64,000 nt of DNA from Opisthocomus hoazin (lineage: Eukaryota), in assembly GCF_030867145.1 (NCBI RefSeq), contig NC_134414.1, positions 22,806,810-22,870,809 of the forward strand. The letters run 5' to 3'. This document shows positions 1 through 12,668 of the stretch, in pieces (position 1 is the first letter of the stretch; every line of letters begins with the position of its first letter). The notes beneath the pieces are model-generated. The model ran no database searches. It saw nothing but the letters and a program-made list of their open reading frames with translations, and was not told the DNA's origin. The translations under genes and the position numbers were made by a program.

Positions 1-339
1 GCATTCAAAAACTATTCTGAGAAACAGCTCATCAGAAAGAAAAGCAACTGTTTGTTTTACTCTTTTATACCTAAAAAATGTTCTTTGAAACAAGGCCTTC
101 CATCATAGCACCTACTGATCAAGTTACAAGTACAGCTGGCCTTCTATAAGAACAGGATAGTATTCCTTCTACAGTAGCACTCAACTTTCAGGCACCGAAG
201 TGATGCAGCATTTATCTTTGACTAATCAAGTAGTTATAAAATGAAGAACACTGAATACACTTTCAGATTTTAACTGAAAACTGAGATTAAATTCTTCAGT
301 TTACTCAAAGTACATCATGTGCTTGCTTTCTCAACTTAC

Positions 340-466
340 CAAGAACTGCTGTCTGGCCAGATACCATGCTAAGTAGCTTCTGCTGCTCTTCCATTAGCCT
401 TTGAAGTTGCTCCATCTGTTGTTTCTTTAGCTGCTCCTGTTTCTGTTGTTGCAATTCCTTCAGCTT
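340..466 (-). CDS. CENPJ: CENPJ (CPAP) coding exon 2. It translates to [42 protein letters not shown] plus one base (phase 1 end). Acceptor AG is at 467-468 and the donor is GTAAGT (minus strand) at 339-338.
   Basis: Read on the minus strand. The coiled-coil segment matches the human CENPJ N-terminus recalled as [37 protein letters not shown]. The phase is compatible with the upstream exon. Confidence 0.65.
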
Positions 467-2512
467 CTCAAACAAAAAAATAAATGTATCAGAGGCCAGG
501 TTTACTTAACATGTACCACAGGATTAGTGTCAAGACAACAGGTATTTCTTGTTTTAAAGATATTCCATTAGGAAAGTGTAACATGAAGAAAATTAAGAAT
601 ATGAAATGCTATGCTAAATAACATTTTTGTTTTTTTTTTTTAATCTATGAATGCCCATGCTATTTCCAATCTGCCCAATTAACAGTTCCGGTAGTCTTTA
701 ATCAACCAATCTGCAAACAATAGGAATCAGAACACTCATTTCTACTGCATGTGAAGAAAAAAAAAAAAAATTGAATTCTGCTCTTTTAACATTAACTTCT
801 ACTATACTATGTTTTCAATAAAATGTGAAATACTTCACAGTAATTAAAGCTTTAGAAAAAGTGCGTGGCTTGGGGTTTTTTTCCCCCCCTCTCCAAGATC
901 TCGGTTACAATGAACAGTACTGATACAAAGGACCAAAAGAGGGAGAAAAGAGCATCAGAGAACATTAAGACTCATGAAGCTGCCTGAAAAAAATAATTAA
1001 AATACTGATTCAATTCAGTAATCCAGTCTTCATTTTCTTGCGCAGCAGGAGTCCCTAGCCCTGCCTCAAGACCAGCCCCGAGGGCCATATGAAGGCATCC
1101 TGCACCCTACCAAAGCACAGCAATGGGTGGTGGGCCTCCGTGCCCATCTCTGTATCTCCAACACATACATATGTGTCTAGTTCCAGCTCCTCCAAAGGAA
1201 AGACAGGTGCCCTGACGAAATCCTTCCACAGATTAACAACTGGACCACACCTTTGATCTAACAGGTAAGAAAAATTTCCCTTGAATTTCCTTAAAATTCC
1301 TGTGAAAACAGAAGTAAGGCACTATATGTGTGTAGAAGCTGAGCTAATGATCAATATCCAAAGATCACCTAAGTCTTAACTCCAACCCCTTCACTTAATT
1401 TATTAAAGAAATCATACTTCTACCTGTTCTAATAATATCCTCAGAAAACCAAACTGAAAAAAATCTCATACATCCAAAACTACATTCGTCACTACAGCCA
1501 TCAGATTTATTATATTAGATTGTCAGTAACTTTCTAAAACAGATTTAACAATTCCTCTTAAGATAACATTAAACTAGCTAGTATCTGTCATTTAGCCACT
1601 GTTTGATAATGCTGACTATACTGAAAAAGTACATAAATATTTTCCTATCATGTAAAATACAGGTGAAAACTTTTATAGCACCAGATAAGTTGTGGAATTC
1701 TACTCTAGAGACTTACATGCACACACACTCCATTTGAGTGAACAGACAGGGATTTGTGCAGAGGTAGCTGCTAGCAGAGCCCACAAGGAGGTAACCAAGT
1801 TCTTAATCCTTAACAGCAAGATCTATTAAAGTGCCTCTGAACGCTTTCAGCTAACATAATTTACATTTAGTAATTGGGAAGAGCCACAAGCAAACGTATA
1901 ACCCGCTATAGTGGATTAAATGACATGCTTGCATTGGAAAAAAAACAACAACATCATAGCGTTGTAATTCCTGGCCTTTTTGTCCCAATGTCTCTGATAC
2001 TTCATCACACACAACACTAACATCTCTCTATCTAAACAGAACCCGGTATATGGGTGTACATACCTACTTTGAGAAGTAACAGCAGATGTTACTATAGATA
2101 CAAGAACATACAGCTTCACCATGTTGTGAATATGTGTGAAGTACTACCACTGTAATGACCAGCACCTCATTTCCACAGCTTCAGGTGAAGAAACAACGGA
2201 ACACTGTAAAACTCTGTGCACGTTTCCAGGTAAAAAGATTTTAAGAACAAATGCACTGCCACCAAATGCAATTTCATTTTAAACTGGAACCTGTGCCAGC
2301 AGGAAACAACAGAAGTTAGACTCTCAGTAATTGGACATCATGAGGAGGACACCAACTTCTACGAATGCGTAACTGTGACGTAGGACTTACTCTTTAAGCT
2401 CCCTGTGTTCTATATGTTGCAAAGATTTTTATTACTTCCAGGTATGACAAATCACATGCAGGAACAAAATAAACCTTAATGGATGTACATCAAGGAATTC
2501 TAGAACTTTTAC

Positions 2513-2890
2513 CTGTTCAAGCTTTTGTAAGAGCGGATCGCTGCGATCGGATTTATTCCAACCATCCACTTCACCACGGACAAGGTCTGTTTTAGAGGTT
2601 TCTACGTTACATGCTGCTGCTGGAAAAGATGTTTCAGTGGTATATTGCTGAAGTGTACATGAGCTGCCAGACTCTTCACACAAGGAGTCATCACTTACAG
2701 AACAGTTGTCTGAAAGATGCAACACTTCAGCAGGGAAAGCTGTGATGTTTTCAGGTCCAGATAACAGATTTTCTTTGTTGATTTTCAAACCAGTAAAACT
2801 AGGATCTAATAAGACTCCAGCACGGGAACTATCGGACATCCAATGTGCAATGAAATTTTGTTCACTACTCAGATCTTCAACAGTGGGCAT
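2513..2890 (-). CDS. CENPJ: CENPJ (CPAP) first coding exon. The ATG is at 2890-2888 (minus strand). It encodes MPTVEDLSSEQNFIAHWMSDSSRAGVLLDPSF...DPLLQKLEQ (126 codons). The donor is CAG|GTAAAA at 2512-2511.
   Basis: This is part of six-frame ORF 2432..2935 (minus). The N-terminus matches the human CENPJ start recalled as [35 protein letters not shown]...DPLFKKLEQ. A consensus donor stops the exon before the ORF stop. Confidence 0.65.
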
Positions 2891-3649
2891 CTTGTAAGTT
2901 GTATTCCAATTTATTTGCTGATGTAGCATTAACATAACAATATTATGTTATGTAGTGTCAGGACAGTAAAACTTTCAAAGTTCCAGGTATTTGGTGTGGA
3001 TGGTTACCTACTTTTAGCACCTAGAAATTAAACACATAAAAATAAGAGAGTAACTTTTTTTTTTTACTTGGGATTCTGTTATTGTAGATTTCTTATTTTG
3101 TTTATGAATACAGTAGGTTGGTTTTAAGTCCCAATCTACTTTTTGCCTGGGCAACAGTAACAATTTAGACAACTAATAACAAGCACTTTCTGTGCAGGAA
3201 GTCAACATAATCCAACTTTTAATCTTATTGTTTATATAAGTGCAGCTAATATTATCTCAGATGATATAAAGCTGTGTATAATATTCTCTTCAGTAGCACA
3301 GACCGGGATTCTGAATTTTCCGGTTCCTGCAACAAGAGTTGATTTGGGGAGCTGAGAGAGAGACTTCCCGCACAGGACCTTTACGTTAATGCAGTTTCAA
3401 ATATGTCCACCTAAATACAAACATTTACTGCACATATTTCAATTATCTTTTTCGTGTCACTATCATGGCACTTATTATTTTCATGTCTTCCTTAGTTTCT
3501 CCCAACCAGCTTTCTTTAAATCCATCCAAAAAAAAAAACCTCAGAAGGCTGACAAAGTTTCAGTGAAAACCAAATCCCTACAAGCATCATAAAACACGAA
3601 TAAATTCAGGTAGATAGAGGACCCGAGGCGGTTTCCTCACTTAGGAAGA

Positions 3650-5060
3650 AAAAGAGAACTGCTGCCGATGACAACGTGGCAGCCAGAGCCCGACCACTCC
3701 ACCCTGGCACCTCGAACCAGTCCCAGGGCAGTCAGCTCTCTGCCTGCGCAGACGGTGTGTCCCGGGAACACGGAGGAACGACGGGGCCAGGGGACAAAGG
3801 GCAGACAACCACATCAGCCCAAGCTTCGGCAGTCCTGCTGACCAGGAATTAACTTCTTAAAGCCTCCTCCTTCCTGAGGAGCCACCTCTCACCTAATTCT
3901 CCCGCTGTGAAAAGGCTTACACTGTCAACCAAAGTTTGAAACCCTGACTAGGAGAAACAGCGAAATACCCTTAGAAAATCGGTTTATTTCAACTGCCTTC
4001 TGTTCTGAGACGCCACTGGAAGCTTCCCAGCGAGGCACAGGTTCCCGCACGGGCAGACTCAAGCCTGCGGGGTTCACACGCCCTTTCCCCCGTCGCCTTT
4101 CCGAGACCCTTTCGAGGCTGCCCGCCAGTCTGAAGCTTCCCCTATAGCCTACGGCAGCAGCACCTTCGTGCCGCCCGGAAGAGCCGGCAGGGCTGAAGCT
4201 GACCCGCCCGGGCCCCCGAGATCGCGGGCGGGGAGACGAGCACAGCCGCGCTGGGGAGCGCGGCTGTGCTCGTCTCCCCGCCCGCGACCTCGGGGGCCCG
4301 GGCCCGGCGCTATCCTTCCCCCACGGCCGCACCGCGACGCCCTCGCAGAGGACGACCCGACGGCGCCCGAAACACCCTCACCGCGACCGCTCCGACCCGC
4401 GGCCCCTCGCAGGCAGTCCGGGCACCGCTCCTCAGGCCCCGTCCGCAGCAACGCTCCGCTCAAGCGGCCACCCCGCTCCTTCTATTACAAACCTGCCGCC
4501 ATCGCGCAGCCTCCCGGCGCCACCGACGGGGCGGCGCCCCGGCGCCGAGCATGCTGGGAGTTGTAGTCCCAAGCCGCCGCCCTCCTCGCCGGGCTGCGAG
4601 GAGGTGCTGTGGCGCTCGAACTACAGCTCCCGGGAGGAGCGGCGAAAAGGCCGTTGATGGGCGTCAACAGCGAAGCAGCTCGCCCTCAGTCGCTGCTGCC
4701 CCGGTTCCTGTCGGAGGGCATCAGGGGCGGGAAGAGGCGGCGGGTACCGAAGCGGAAGCAGCTGGGCCTGCCCCTCGCTCCTGAGGACGGCCCACGGGTG
4801 GAAGCGGCTCCCGGGTCCTCCCCGCGTCGCCGCTGGTGGCCCGTTTGGGAGAGGGGGTTTCGCTCCCGAAAGGCGGAAGGCCTCGCCGCGCGGTGCTCTT
4901 CAGCGGCTGTCGCGACACGGTGCGTGAGGAGGTTCCTGTCCAGGGAGCTGTCCGCAGGCCTTCCGGGGTGCGGCGTTTTCTGCGGGGGCGAGCCTTTGGG
5001 CATTTAGTGTGCTTTTATTGCGGCTGGTTACACCCTTTTAATCTTTAAATAGCTGCAGTG
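3650..5060. promoter_or_regulatory. CpG island, a likely bidirectional promoter for CENPJ (minus, coding begins 2890) and PARP4 (plus, non-coding exon 1 presumed here; the ATG exon begins 10635). It is very GC- and CpG-rich. The many overlapping ORFs on both strands are compositional artefacts.
   Basis: CpG density and GC content change abruptly relative to the flanking AT-rich DNA. The island lies between two divergently oriented genes. The PARP4 ATG exon is preceded by a splice acceptor (ttctcttttaacag|GAGG), which implies an upstream non-coding exon. Confidence 0.6.
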
Positions 5061-8000
5061 AGGGAGGAACGGGAAGACAAACGGCAGATGGCATCCGCTG
5101 GCTTTCTGGCGTTTTGTGCTTCAGGCATGTTCGGTCTCACCGAGCGAAATCGTTGTTGTTCTCTGAACTCCAGTAAGCGGCAGAGCGTCGTGCCTCAGCA
5201 ACTTGTGGTGCGTCCCAGGCTGTGACCAGCTTCTGCAGCTGTCGTGGGCAGGTACAAAACCGAGATCTAGGCTGTGTAAACTCAGGGCAGCCCTCCCTTT
5301 CGGTTGACTGCTGCTCGTTTTAACTTCCGCGGTTACTTTCTGTAGTTTGCAGGACTCTTCGTGCTAAACTTTCCGTTCTCCTTCCTGCACGTTGGTTTTG
5401 CCCGTTATGAATATATTGTCTACGTGGTTGTCCTCAGACTGGATTCTGTGTTAACAGTGGGAAGCTACTGTGCTCAAAAGCACAAGGATCCTTTTTTAGT
5501 CCCTTTGATATCCTCGGTAGGAAAATACAAGTAGGGGTTTGTTTTCAGCTTACCTGCACACTGAAGTCCTTACAGGACTACAGACTGTTTGTGGTCTATT
5601 GTAGGATGATAAAAATTTTTTTTTGTCTCCCTCTCTGTGCTAAAAATAAAATCCATTGCTAATGATGGTGTTGAATTTGTGGTTTGATCATGAACTACAA
5701 GCTCATGTACATGTGTGAAATCCTTTTGAGGCTATTGGAGTCTTACAAATCTCCACCAGCATAAATTAAAATTGTAAGAATTAAGCCAGTGATAATTGTC
5801 AGCAGTTCCACTTTGCATAACTTCCTTATCTGTTGCTGCAACAGCACGGTATTCTGGTTATAAAAGTGTCTATCAGCATTTAATTCTCAACACACATATT
5901 AAATACAATGGTTTTCTATTTTAATTTTGGAAATTTTGCCATTCAAAAAGAGTAAAGCCAAACACTTCAGAAGTTTGATCCTCTAGGGAAATAAGAGAGG
6001 CTGCTATTCAGTGGTAGCATTCATTAGCAATGAAAGAGAATAAAATCTTCACTCAAGGGAGAGAAAAACTGCAGGGGACAGACTCTGAACAAGTTCTAAC
6101 TGTTTTTCCTGCTCTCTGTCAGGTGTTTCAAAGTTCACCTGTGCTTCAGCAGTGACAATTTCCTCCTCCTCCTAAGTGCAGTGAGGGTTAGTGCTCCTTA
6201 TTGTGCAATAGAGTGCACTTTTTGATTTGTTTGATGGGGGTTGCTGTCCCTTTAGGCATTTTACAGGGAGGTGTGAGTGTGTCCTAGCCCTTCCTACCTA
6301 CAACGTCTGGGCTCTCCAGTTGTACCTCACGCCGCTGGAGAAGCAGGAAGATCCTTAGGGGAGGGCAGCTGCCTGAGCAGGTAAACAATATGGCTCCCTC
6401 AAAATCTAAAGAGAGGAGTGGGATCAGGGGTCATTTAATACCTCTCGTGCTGGGAACAGGGACGAGGGGTGTCTTTGCAGACAGGCTCAGAGGAGATGAA
6501 TCCCTCAAGTTTAAGCATTCCTTTCTGCTTGCTGGCTGACCTACAGTTTATTTACAGAGCAGTTCTCAGAAGACTTTTTTTCTCAGTTCTTAGCAACTTG
6601 ATTTCATAAGCAAATGTAAGATCAAATACTTTTGTGGAGTTTTGCACCACATGTAGCTACCAATTTCAGTTGCTTCCGGTGTTTTGTGGGTGTATAGGCA
6701 TGATGCTTTCAGTTGGTTGTATGTATTTTGTTGCCTTCTAATAAACTTTTCGTTATGGCTATGCAAATAGAGTTTGTTATTTCCTGAGGTGACAACTTCT
6801 GGTGATACTTTAGCAGTATCCAGTATCCACTTTAGAGAATATATTGAGAAAACTAGTGCACACAGCGCTCTAGTGAAGAGGGAGGCAGTGTCCAGAGCTA
6901 TAGTGTGGTTATTAAAAGAAAGCCTTTGGCAGTGGCATGTTTGCCCTTATACATGCCTCAAATTAATCTATCTCATTTGTGACAAGATTCAAAATAAAGT
7001 TGATAAAAGCAGCTTAAAATATGACTTTATACCACAAAGTAGAGCTGCTTAAAGGTACGGTTTCCCACAGAGCCGAGGTATAACAAGGCTGCACCATAAA
7101 AGATTTTTATCACCTGAGATAACTTAATATCTTGTGAAAACCCCTTGGTTAAAATACGGAGAGTTGTTTTTTCTGTGTGAGAGTACTTTTATGCCAAAAG
7201 CACTGCTAATGCCATGAAGTACAAGAGCCACATACTACAGGTATATCATGACCTCACACGCCCTTTGACCTGCTGTCCGCCTGCCCTAAATGCACAGTGT
7301 AACTGTTACAGAGTTGCCAGATCTATCAGACCTAGAGTGCAGCAGATGATTCGGGTCCTTCCTATAGATTACCTTTCTGAGATAAAATTAGACTGACGTG
7401 TATAAAATTGTGTCTGGTAATGTTGATTTTCCAGGTTTTCATGAAACCTCAAATTCAAATGAATTATGTTCCTCTCTCCTTGACTAACTACTTCTCTTTT
7501 TTTAGCCAGTAATTTAAGTTATTCCACAGTAGCTGGCCATCTGATTACTTTTTTATTGCACTGGAGAGCAACTTTACTTGCATACATTGAAAATCAAATA
7601 GGCCATAGAGTAAGAAATGTAGTATAGGTTGCATACTCTAAATCTCTCCATGAAATTACATCAGGCTAATGTGTTTTATTTTGCTTTGTTTTAATATGAA
7701 ACCTTATCCTAATCATCTGCTCTCGACTTTGGTCCTTGATAAATTAATCAAACAATAATCTTGTATTAGATTGTGAAGTGCTTTTGTCAGTGCCATATAA
7801 ACATTTCCTCTGCATTGTTACTGTCTCTTGGTTTATTCTCTTTCCACACTGTAGTGGAATCTTTCTGCAGTATTGATGTAAAGGTTTTGTTGACCTTGTA
7901 AAGGCTTTGGTGCAGTTTGACCAATGCTGATTTTTAAGCCTGAAGAACCTATTGGGTAATTAAATTATTTGGGTTTAGTTGTAAGAAAATAGTAAAGAAA

Positions 8001-8329
8001 CTGTTCTAATAAATTGTATCCTGATTTGCACGTACATGAATACTAAATGCAAGCAAGTAGTTCAAACAGCATCTGCTTTCCTTTTTGCAGTCTTTAATGT
8101 AGGTGTTGTTTATTATTACTATTTTTTTATTATTTTATTTATTATTATTTTATTTGTTCTGCCTCATCCTGTGAGTCCAGGATGATTTTGGAGAGGTCAA
8201 GTATTCTAGAGTATCTGTTTTGTCCAGTTATCTCACAAATACAACTATTTGGTGTTAAGTCACTGTGGAAAATTTAAATCATCAAGTAGTTTTTCCAGAA
8301 ATACAAACAGATAGAGTAGAAACAAAGTC

Positions 8330-9228
8330 CTTACCCTCAGCAAGTTTGCTGATGACGCAAAACTGGGAGGGGTGGCTGATACACCGGAAGGCTGTGCTGC
8401 CATTCAGCAAGATATGGACAGGCTGGAGACTTGGGCAGAGAGGAACCTGGTGAAGTTCAACAAGGGCAAGTGCAGGGTCCTGCACCTGGGGAGGAACAAC
8501 CCCATGCACCAATACAGGCTCAGGGCTGACCTGCTGGGAAGCAGCTCTGTAGAGAGGGACCTGGGAGTGCTGGTGGATGACAAGTTGACCATGAGCCAGC
8601 AGTGTGCCCTGGCTGCCAAGAAAGCCAATGGGATCCTGGGGTGCATTAATAAGAATGTGGCCAGCAGGTTGAGAGAGGTTCTCCGTCCCCTCTACACTGC
8701 CCTAGTGAGGCCCCATCTAGAATACTGTGTCCAGTTCTGGGCTCCCCAGTTCAAGAAGGACAAGGAACTACTGGAGAGTGTCCAGCGGAGGGCTATGAGG
8801 ATGGTGAGGGGACTGGAGCATCTCCCCTACGAGGAGAGGCTGAGGGAGCTGGGCTTGTTCAGCCTGAAGAAGAGAAGGCTGAGAGGGGACCTTATAAATA
8901 CCTATAAATATCTGAAGGGTGGGTGTCAGGAGGATGGGGCCAGACTCTTTTCAGTGGTGCCCAGCGACAGGACAAGGGGCAATGGGCACAAACTGAAGCA
9001 GAGGAAGTTCCATCTGAACATGAGGAAGAACTTCTTCCCTCTGAGGGTGACGGAGCCCTGGAACAGGTTGCCCAGGGAGGTTGTGGAGTCTCCTTCTCTG
9101 GAGATATTCAAAACCTGCCTGAATGAGGTCCTGTGCAACCTGCTCAAGGTGACCCAGCTTTGGCAGGGCGGTTGTACTAAATGATCCCCAGAGGTCCCTT
9201 CCGACTCATACCATTCTGTGAGTCTGTG
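8330..9228 (+). mobile_element. CR1 LINE 3' portion (C-terminal part of the ORF2 reverse transcriptase plus the 3' UTR tail ending ccattctgtgagtctgtga), located in PARP4 intron 1.
   Basis: ORF 8372..9184 is a typical CR1 ORF2 C-terminus ([59 protein letters not shown]...). The CCATTCTGTGA-type terminal motif is present. Confidence 0.85.
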
Positions 9229-10643
9229 ACACTGATACTAACCCTCTGGAAGAGATATGGACATGGTGTACTGAGATCCAAAGAAGCACTGGTGAAAAGA
9301 ACTTATGACCTGAATATTTTGTTGTACAAGTGTATGTTCTCTTCATGCTCGTTGCTGTAGCATTAGTAGTGTATCTGCATTAGCAGTTTGGCTTGGAGCA
9401 GCGATGCAATTTTAAGCCAGATCTTTTGGTTGTTAAGAGCTGCCTTACATGAAGTTCTCAAAGTGGCTTTGAGGTGTACCCTCTGAATGTCTTCCAGAGA
9501 AAACTAAGTGGGGTGCTGTGCTTCAAATAAGCTTAGTGGGAACATTGGTTTTGGCTTCTGTCTGAACCCACCCAGTCATAATGCCCTCTAGCTCGCACTT
9601 AACACTCATTTACCACTGAAGGGCTCTGAAAGCCCATGACATGCTGAGGAGCTCATATGCTAGATAAAGAGCTCAGTGCTCTGTGTAGTGTTCTCATTTA
9701 CGCTGTAGTTATTATTCTCATCAGTTATTTTAAAATACCTTTATACTCATAGTCATCCAGGAGAACAAATATACGTTGCTGATACATTTTAGTCACTTAA
9801 ACCAGACCCTGCCATTGTATTTTTTTGTCATAAATTCTACTCCTGTTTAAATAAAACTTTACTAGCCTCTTATATCTTAGCATAGTTTGTCACAAATGAC
9901 ATGCAGCCAATTTTCATTCAAGTTATTTTACACACAGTTTAGGTTGACACTGCTGAGAACAGAAGCAGTTGCTCCACTTCCATCTCTCCCCTACCTCTCC
10001 TTTGCTTCCACTGCTACCCTATTCCTTCTTGTAAATCTTTGTTGTAGGCCAGAGAGTGAATTCAGTCAGAAAACAGATCTAGATTAAAACTAGCCTTTTG
10101 GGTTTTGGGGTTTTGTTGTTGAGGGTGGAGAGGTTTGCTGTGTTGGCTTTAATCTGGGTCAGTTCTTTTTACATGTTGTGGGATGGGTTTTTTTTATATT
10201 TATTATTTTTATATTATAAATCAGTGAGTGGAAGCATGAAAAGCAGTTTACGTTCTTGAAAAAAACAGTTATTTTATAATGGTACGGTGTGAAAGGGGAA
10301 CTGAAAGAGAAGTTGTTCCAGTCTAAATTAAGATAATTCCACATTACTAACAGTGGGTATGAGCAGCAGGAGATCAGCACAAGAGTTTGGTGCTTAGTTC
10401 AAGCCACGACTGAAACTGTAGGTCATGCTGAATTTTCCACGCAATTAAAAAAAAAAAATTTAACAAAACTGATCAGGAGATATTCTGGGTAGATTTGATT
10501 GCCATGCTGATAAAATGGCATTTGTTTTAGAACTTCCTAGAGCTGCAAAGAATACATTTGGTGAGAGACTACTTAGGTGGACAGTGGGAATGAGTTTTCT
10601 CAGCCAAAAAAAAAAAAATTTTCTCTTTTAACAGGAGGAAACA

Positions 10644-10769
10644 ATGGCAATCTTTGCAAACTGTGTGTTCTTTCTTAAAGTGAAATACTTGCCCATTCAG
10701 GAGAAGAACAGACTGAAAGCATCCATAAAAAATAATGGTGGAGTAATTAATTTTGTGCTTAATCACAAG
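10644..10769 (+). CDS. PARP4: PARP4 first coding exon, MAIFANCVFFLKVKYLPIQEKNRLKASIKNNGGVINFVLNHK (start of the BRCT domain). The acceptor is at 10633-34 and the donor GTAAGT at 10770.
   Basis: Matches the human PARP4 N-terminus recalled as MVMGIFANCIFCLKVKYLPQQQKKKLQTDIKENGGKFSFSLNPQ. Ends in phase 0 at a consensus donor. Confidence 0.8.
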
Positions 10770-11878
10770 GTAAGTTCCGGATTTATTTCTGATATCTCAG
10801 TAGGAAAATATTCAGTGATGCAAGTGTTGTAGAGTGTTAATCTTGCCTCATGTCGAGAAAGAAGAACTGTAGAGATTATGTCTCTATTCAATATTTAAAC
10901 GGAAATATTCAGTTTACATTTTTAATGCATCTGGCTCTGTAGTACTGAAATGTCACATAAAAAATTAAGAGCAATATTCTCCCTCCACAAAAGAACCAGG
11001 GAGATTTTTTTCCTGGGTAAAATTGCCATGCTGTTTTTCTTCTCTCATCATCAGAGAAGGGAAACTGAATAAAGAGATGCATCACTAAACTGTGTTTTGG
11101 TTATGTTATTGTTAATGCAAGCATTTGATTACAGAGTAGGGAAAAGACGGTTGTAGAACTAGAAGTCTGTGATATTGCATTTTTTTATTTAATACAGTTT
11201 TTTATTTTTAATATATGTTGAACATGCAGCGTGGATAAATCAAGGAGCCTGTTTGCATGATATGCACAGCAGTGAAATCTGGGCTGTGTTTATGCTGGTA
11301 CGTTACATGCCTGGCAATGCTCGCAGGGACTGTGGCCAGCTGGCATGGCTTGGCCCACACCTATACTAGTGAACTCTCGTGGTCCTCAGGACTGAGTGTT
11401 CCTATCCAAACTACCTAAAGGGAATGGTCGTGATGGTGTTCTGTCTCCTAAGCCATGCCTGGAAACTAGGAGGATGTGAGTTGGCAGAAGCTTGAAGTGT
11501 GCCAAGGAACATGCTAATGCCTTAGCAATAGGTATTCCCATGCCAGTGACAGGGAATTATCTAACATTATCTAACTTAGTAGTGAAGGCATAATACCTTG
11601 TTACTTCTGCCACATGGAAGTGACATTTTTGTCCTTCTTCCCATAGGTAGCAGTTAGGGCAAGCTCATAAATATTGCGATATTACTTACTTCTGATCCAC
11701 CTTGGGGAGAAAGTAATGCATTGTATTATGATTTCAATTTTTTGGTTTCTCTATATAAGTTTTTTTAATTTTGAGAAGAATATGATTAAGTGAATTAATC
11801 AAATTAATTTAAAAGAATATATAAATATATAAACTAATACATAAATAAATATAGAGGTTAACTAAATAAAGAACCTTA

Positions 11879-12668
11879 TGAGGTTCAACAAGGCCAAGTG
11901 CAAGAGTCCTGCACCTGGGTCGGGACAGCCCCCAGTATCAATACAGGCTGGGGAATGAAGGGATTGAGAGCAGCCCTGCCGAGAAGGACTTGGGGGTACT
12001 GGTGGATGAAAAGCTGGACATGAGCCACCAATGTGCGCTGGCAGCCCAGAAGGCCAGCCCTATCCTGGGCTGCATCAAGAGCAGCATGGCCAGCAGGTTG
12101 AGGGAGGGGATTCTGCCCTTCTGCTCCACTCTGGTGAGACCCCACCTGGAGTCCTGCGTTCAGCTCTGGGGCCCCCAGTACAGGAAAGACACCGACCTGT
12201 TGGAGTGGGTCCAGAGGAGGCCACAAAAATGATCCAAGGGCTGGAGCACCTCTGCTATGAGGAAAGACTGAGAGAATTGGGGCTGTTCAGCCTGGAGAAG
12301 AGAAGGCTCCGAGGAGACCTTATGGCAGCCTTTCGATGCTTAAAAGGCGGCTTACAAGGAAGATGGGGGCAAACTTTTTAGCAGGGCCTGTTGTGATAGG
12401 ACAAGGGACAATGGTTTTAAACTAAGGGAGGGTAGATTTAGACTAGATAGAAGGAAGCAAATTTTTACAATGAGGGTGGTGAAACACTGGCACACGTTGC
12501 CCAGAGAGGTGTTAGATGCCCCATCCCTGGAAACATTGAAGGCCAGGTTGGACGGGGCTCTGAACAAGCTGATTGAGTTGAAGATGTCCCTGCTTACTGC
12601 AGGGGGAAGTTGGACTACGTGACCTTTAAAGGTTCCTTCCAGCCCAAACCATTCTGTGATTATGTGAC
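11879..12668 (+). mobile_element. CR1 LINE 3' fragment (diverged ORF2 C-terminus plus tail ending ccattctgtgattatgtga) in the PARP4 intron.
   Basis: ORFs 11990..12232 and 12031..12381 carry CR1 ORF2-like peptides ([42 protein letters not shown]... and ...[28 protein letters not shown]...). The terminal motif is CR1-like. Confidence 0.8.

Noticed and set aside
3925-5048. Several overlapping 100-170 aa ORFs on both strands (Pro/Arg/Gly/Ala-rich) in the 4-5 kb region
   Set aside because: They fall inside a CpG island. Their existence and low-complexity content are explained by GC composition, and they overlap each other on opposite strands. They are interpreted as promoter or 5' UTR sequence, not CDS.
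8372-9184. 270-aa ORF that might be taken for a cellular gene
   Set aside because: It is the C-terminal part of a CR1 retrotransposon ORF2 (reverse transcriptase) followed by the CR1 3' tail. It is a mobile-element remnant inside a PARP4 intron.
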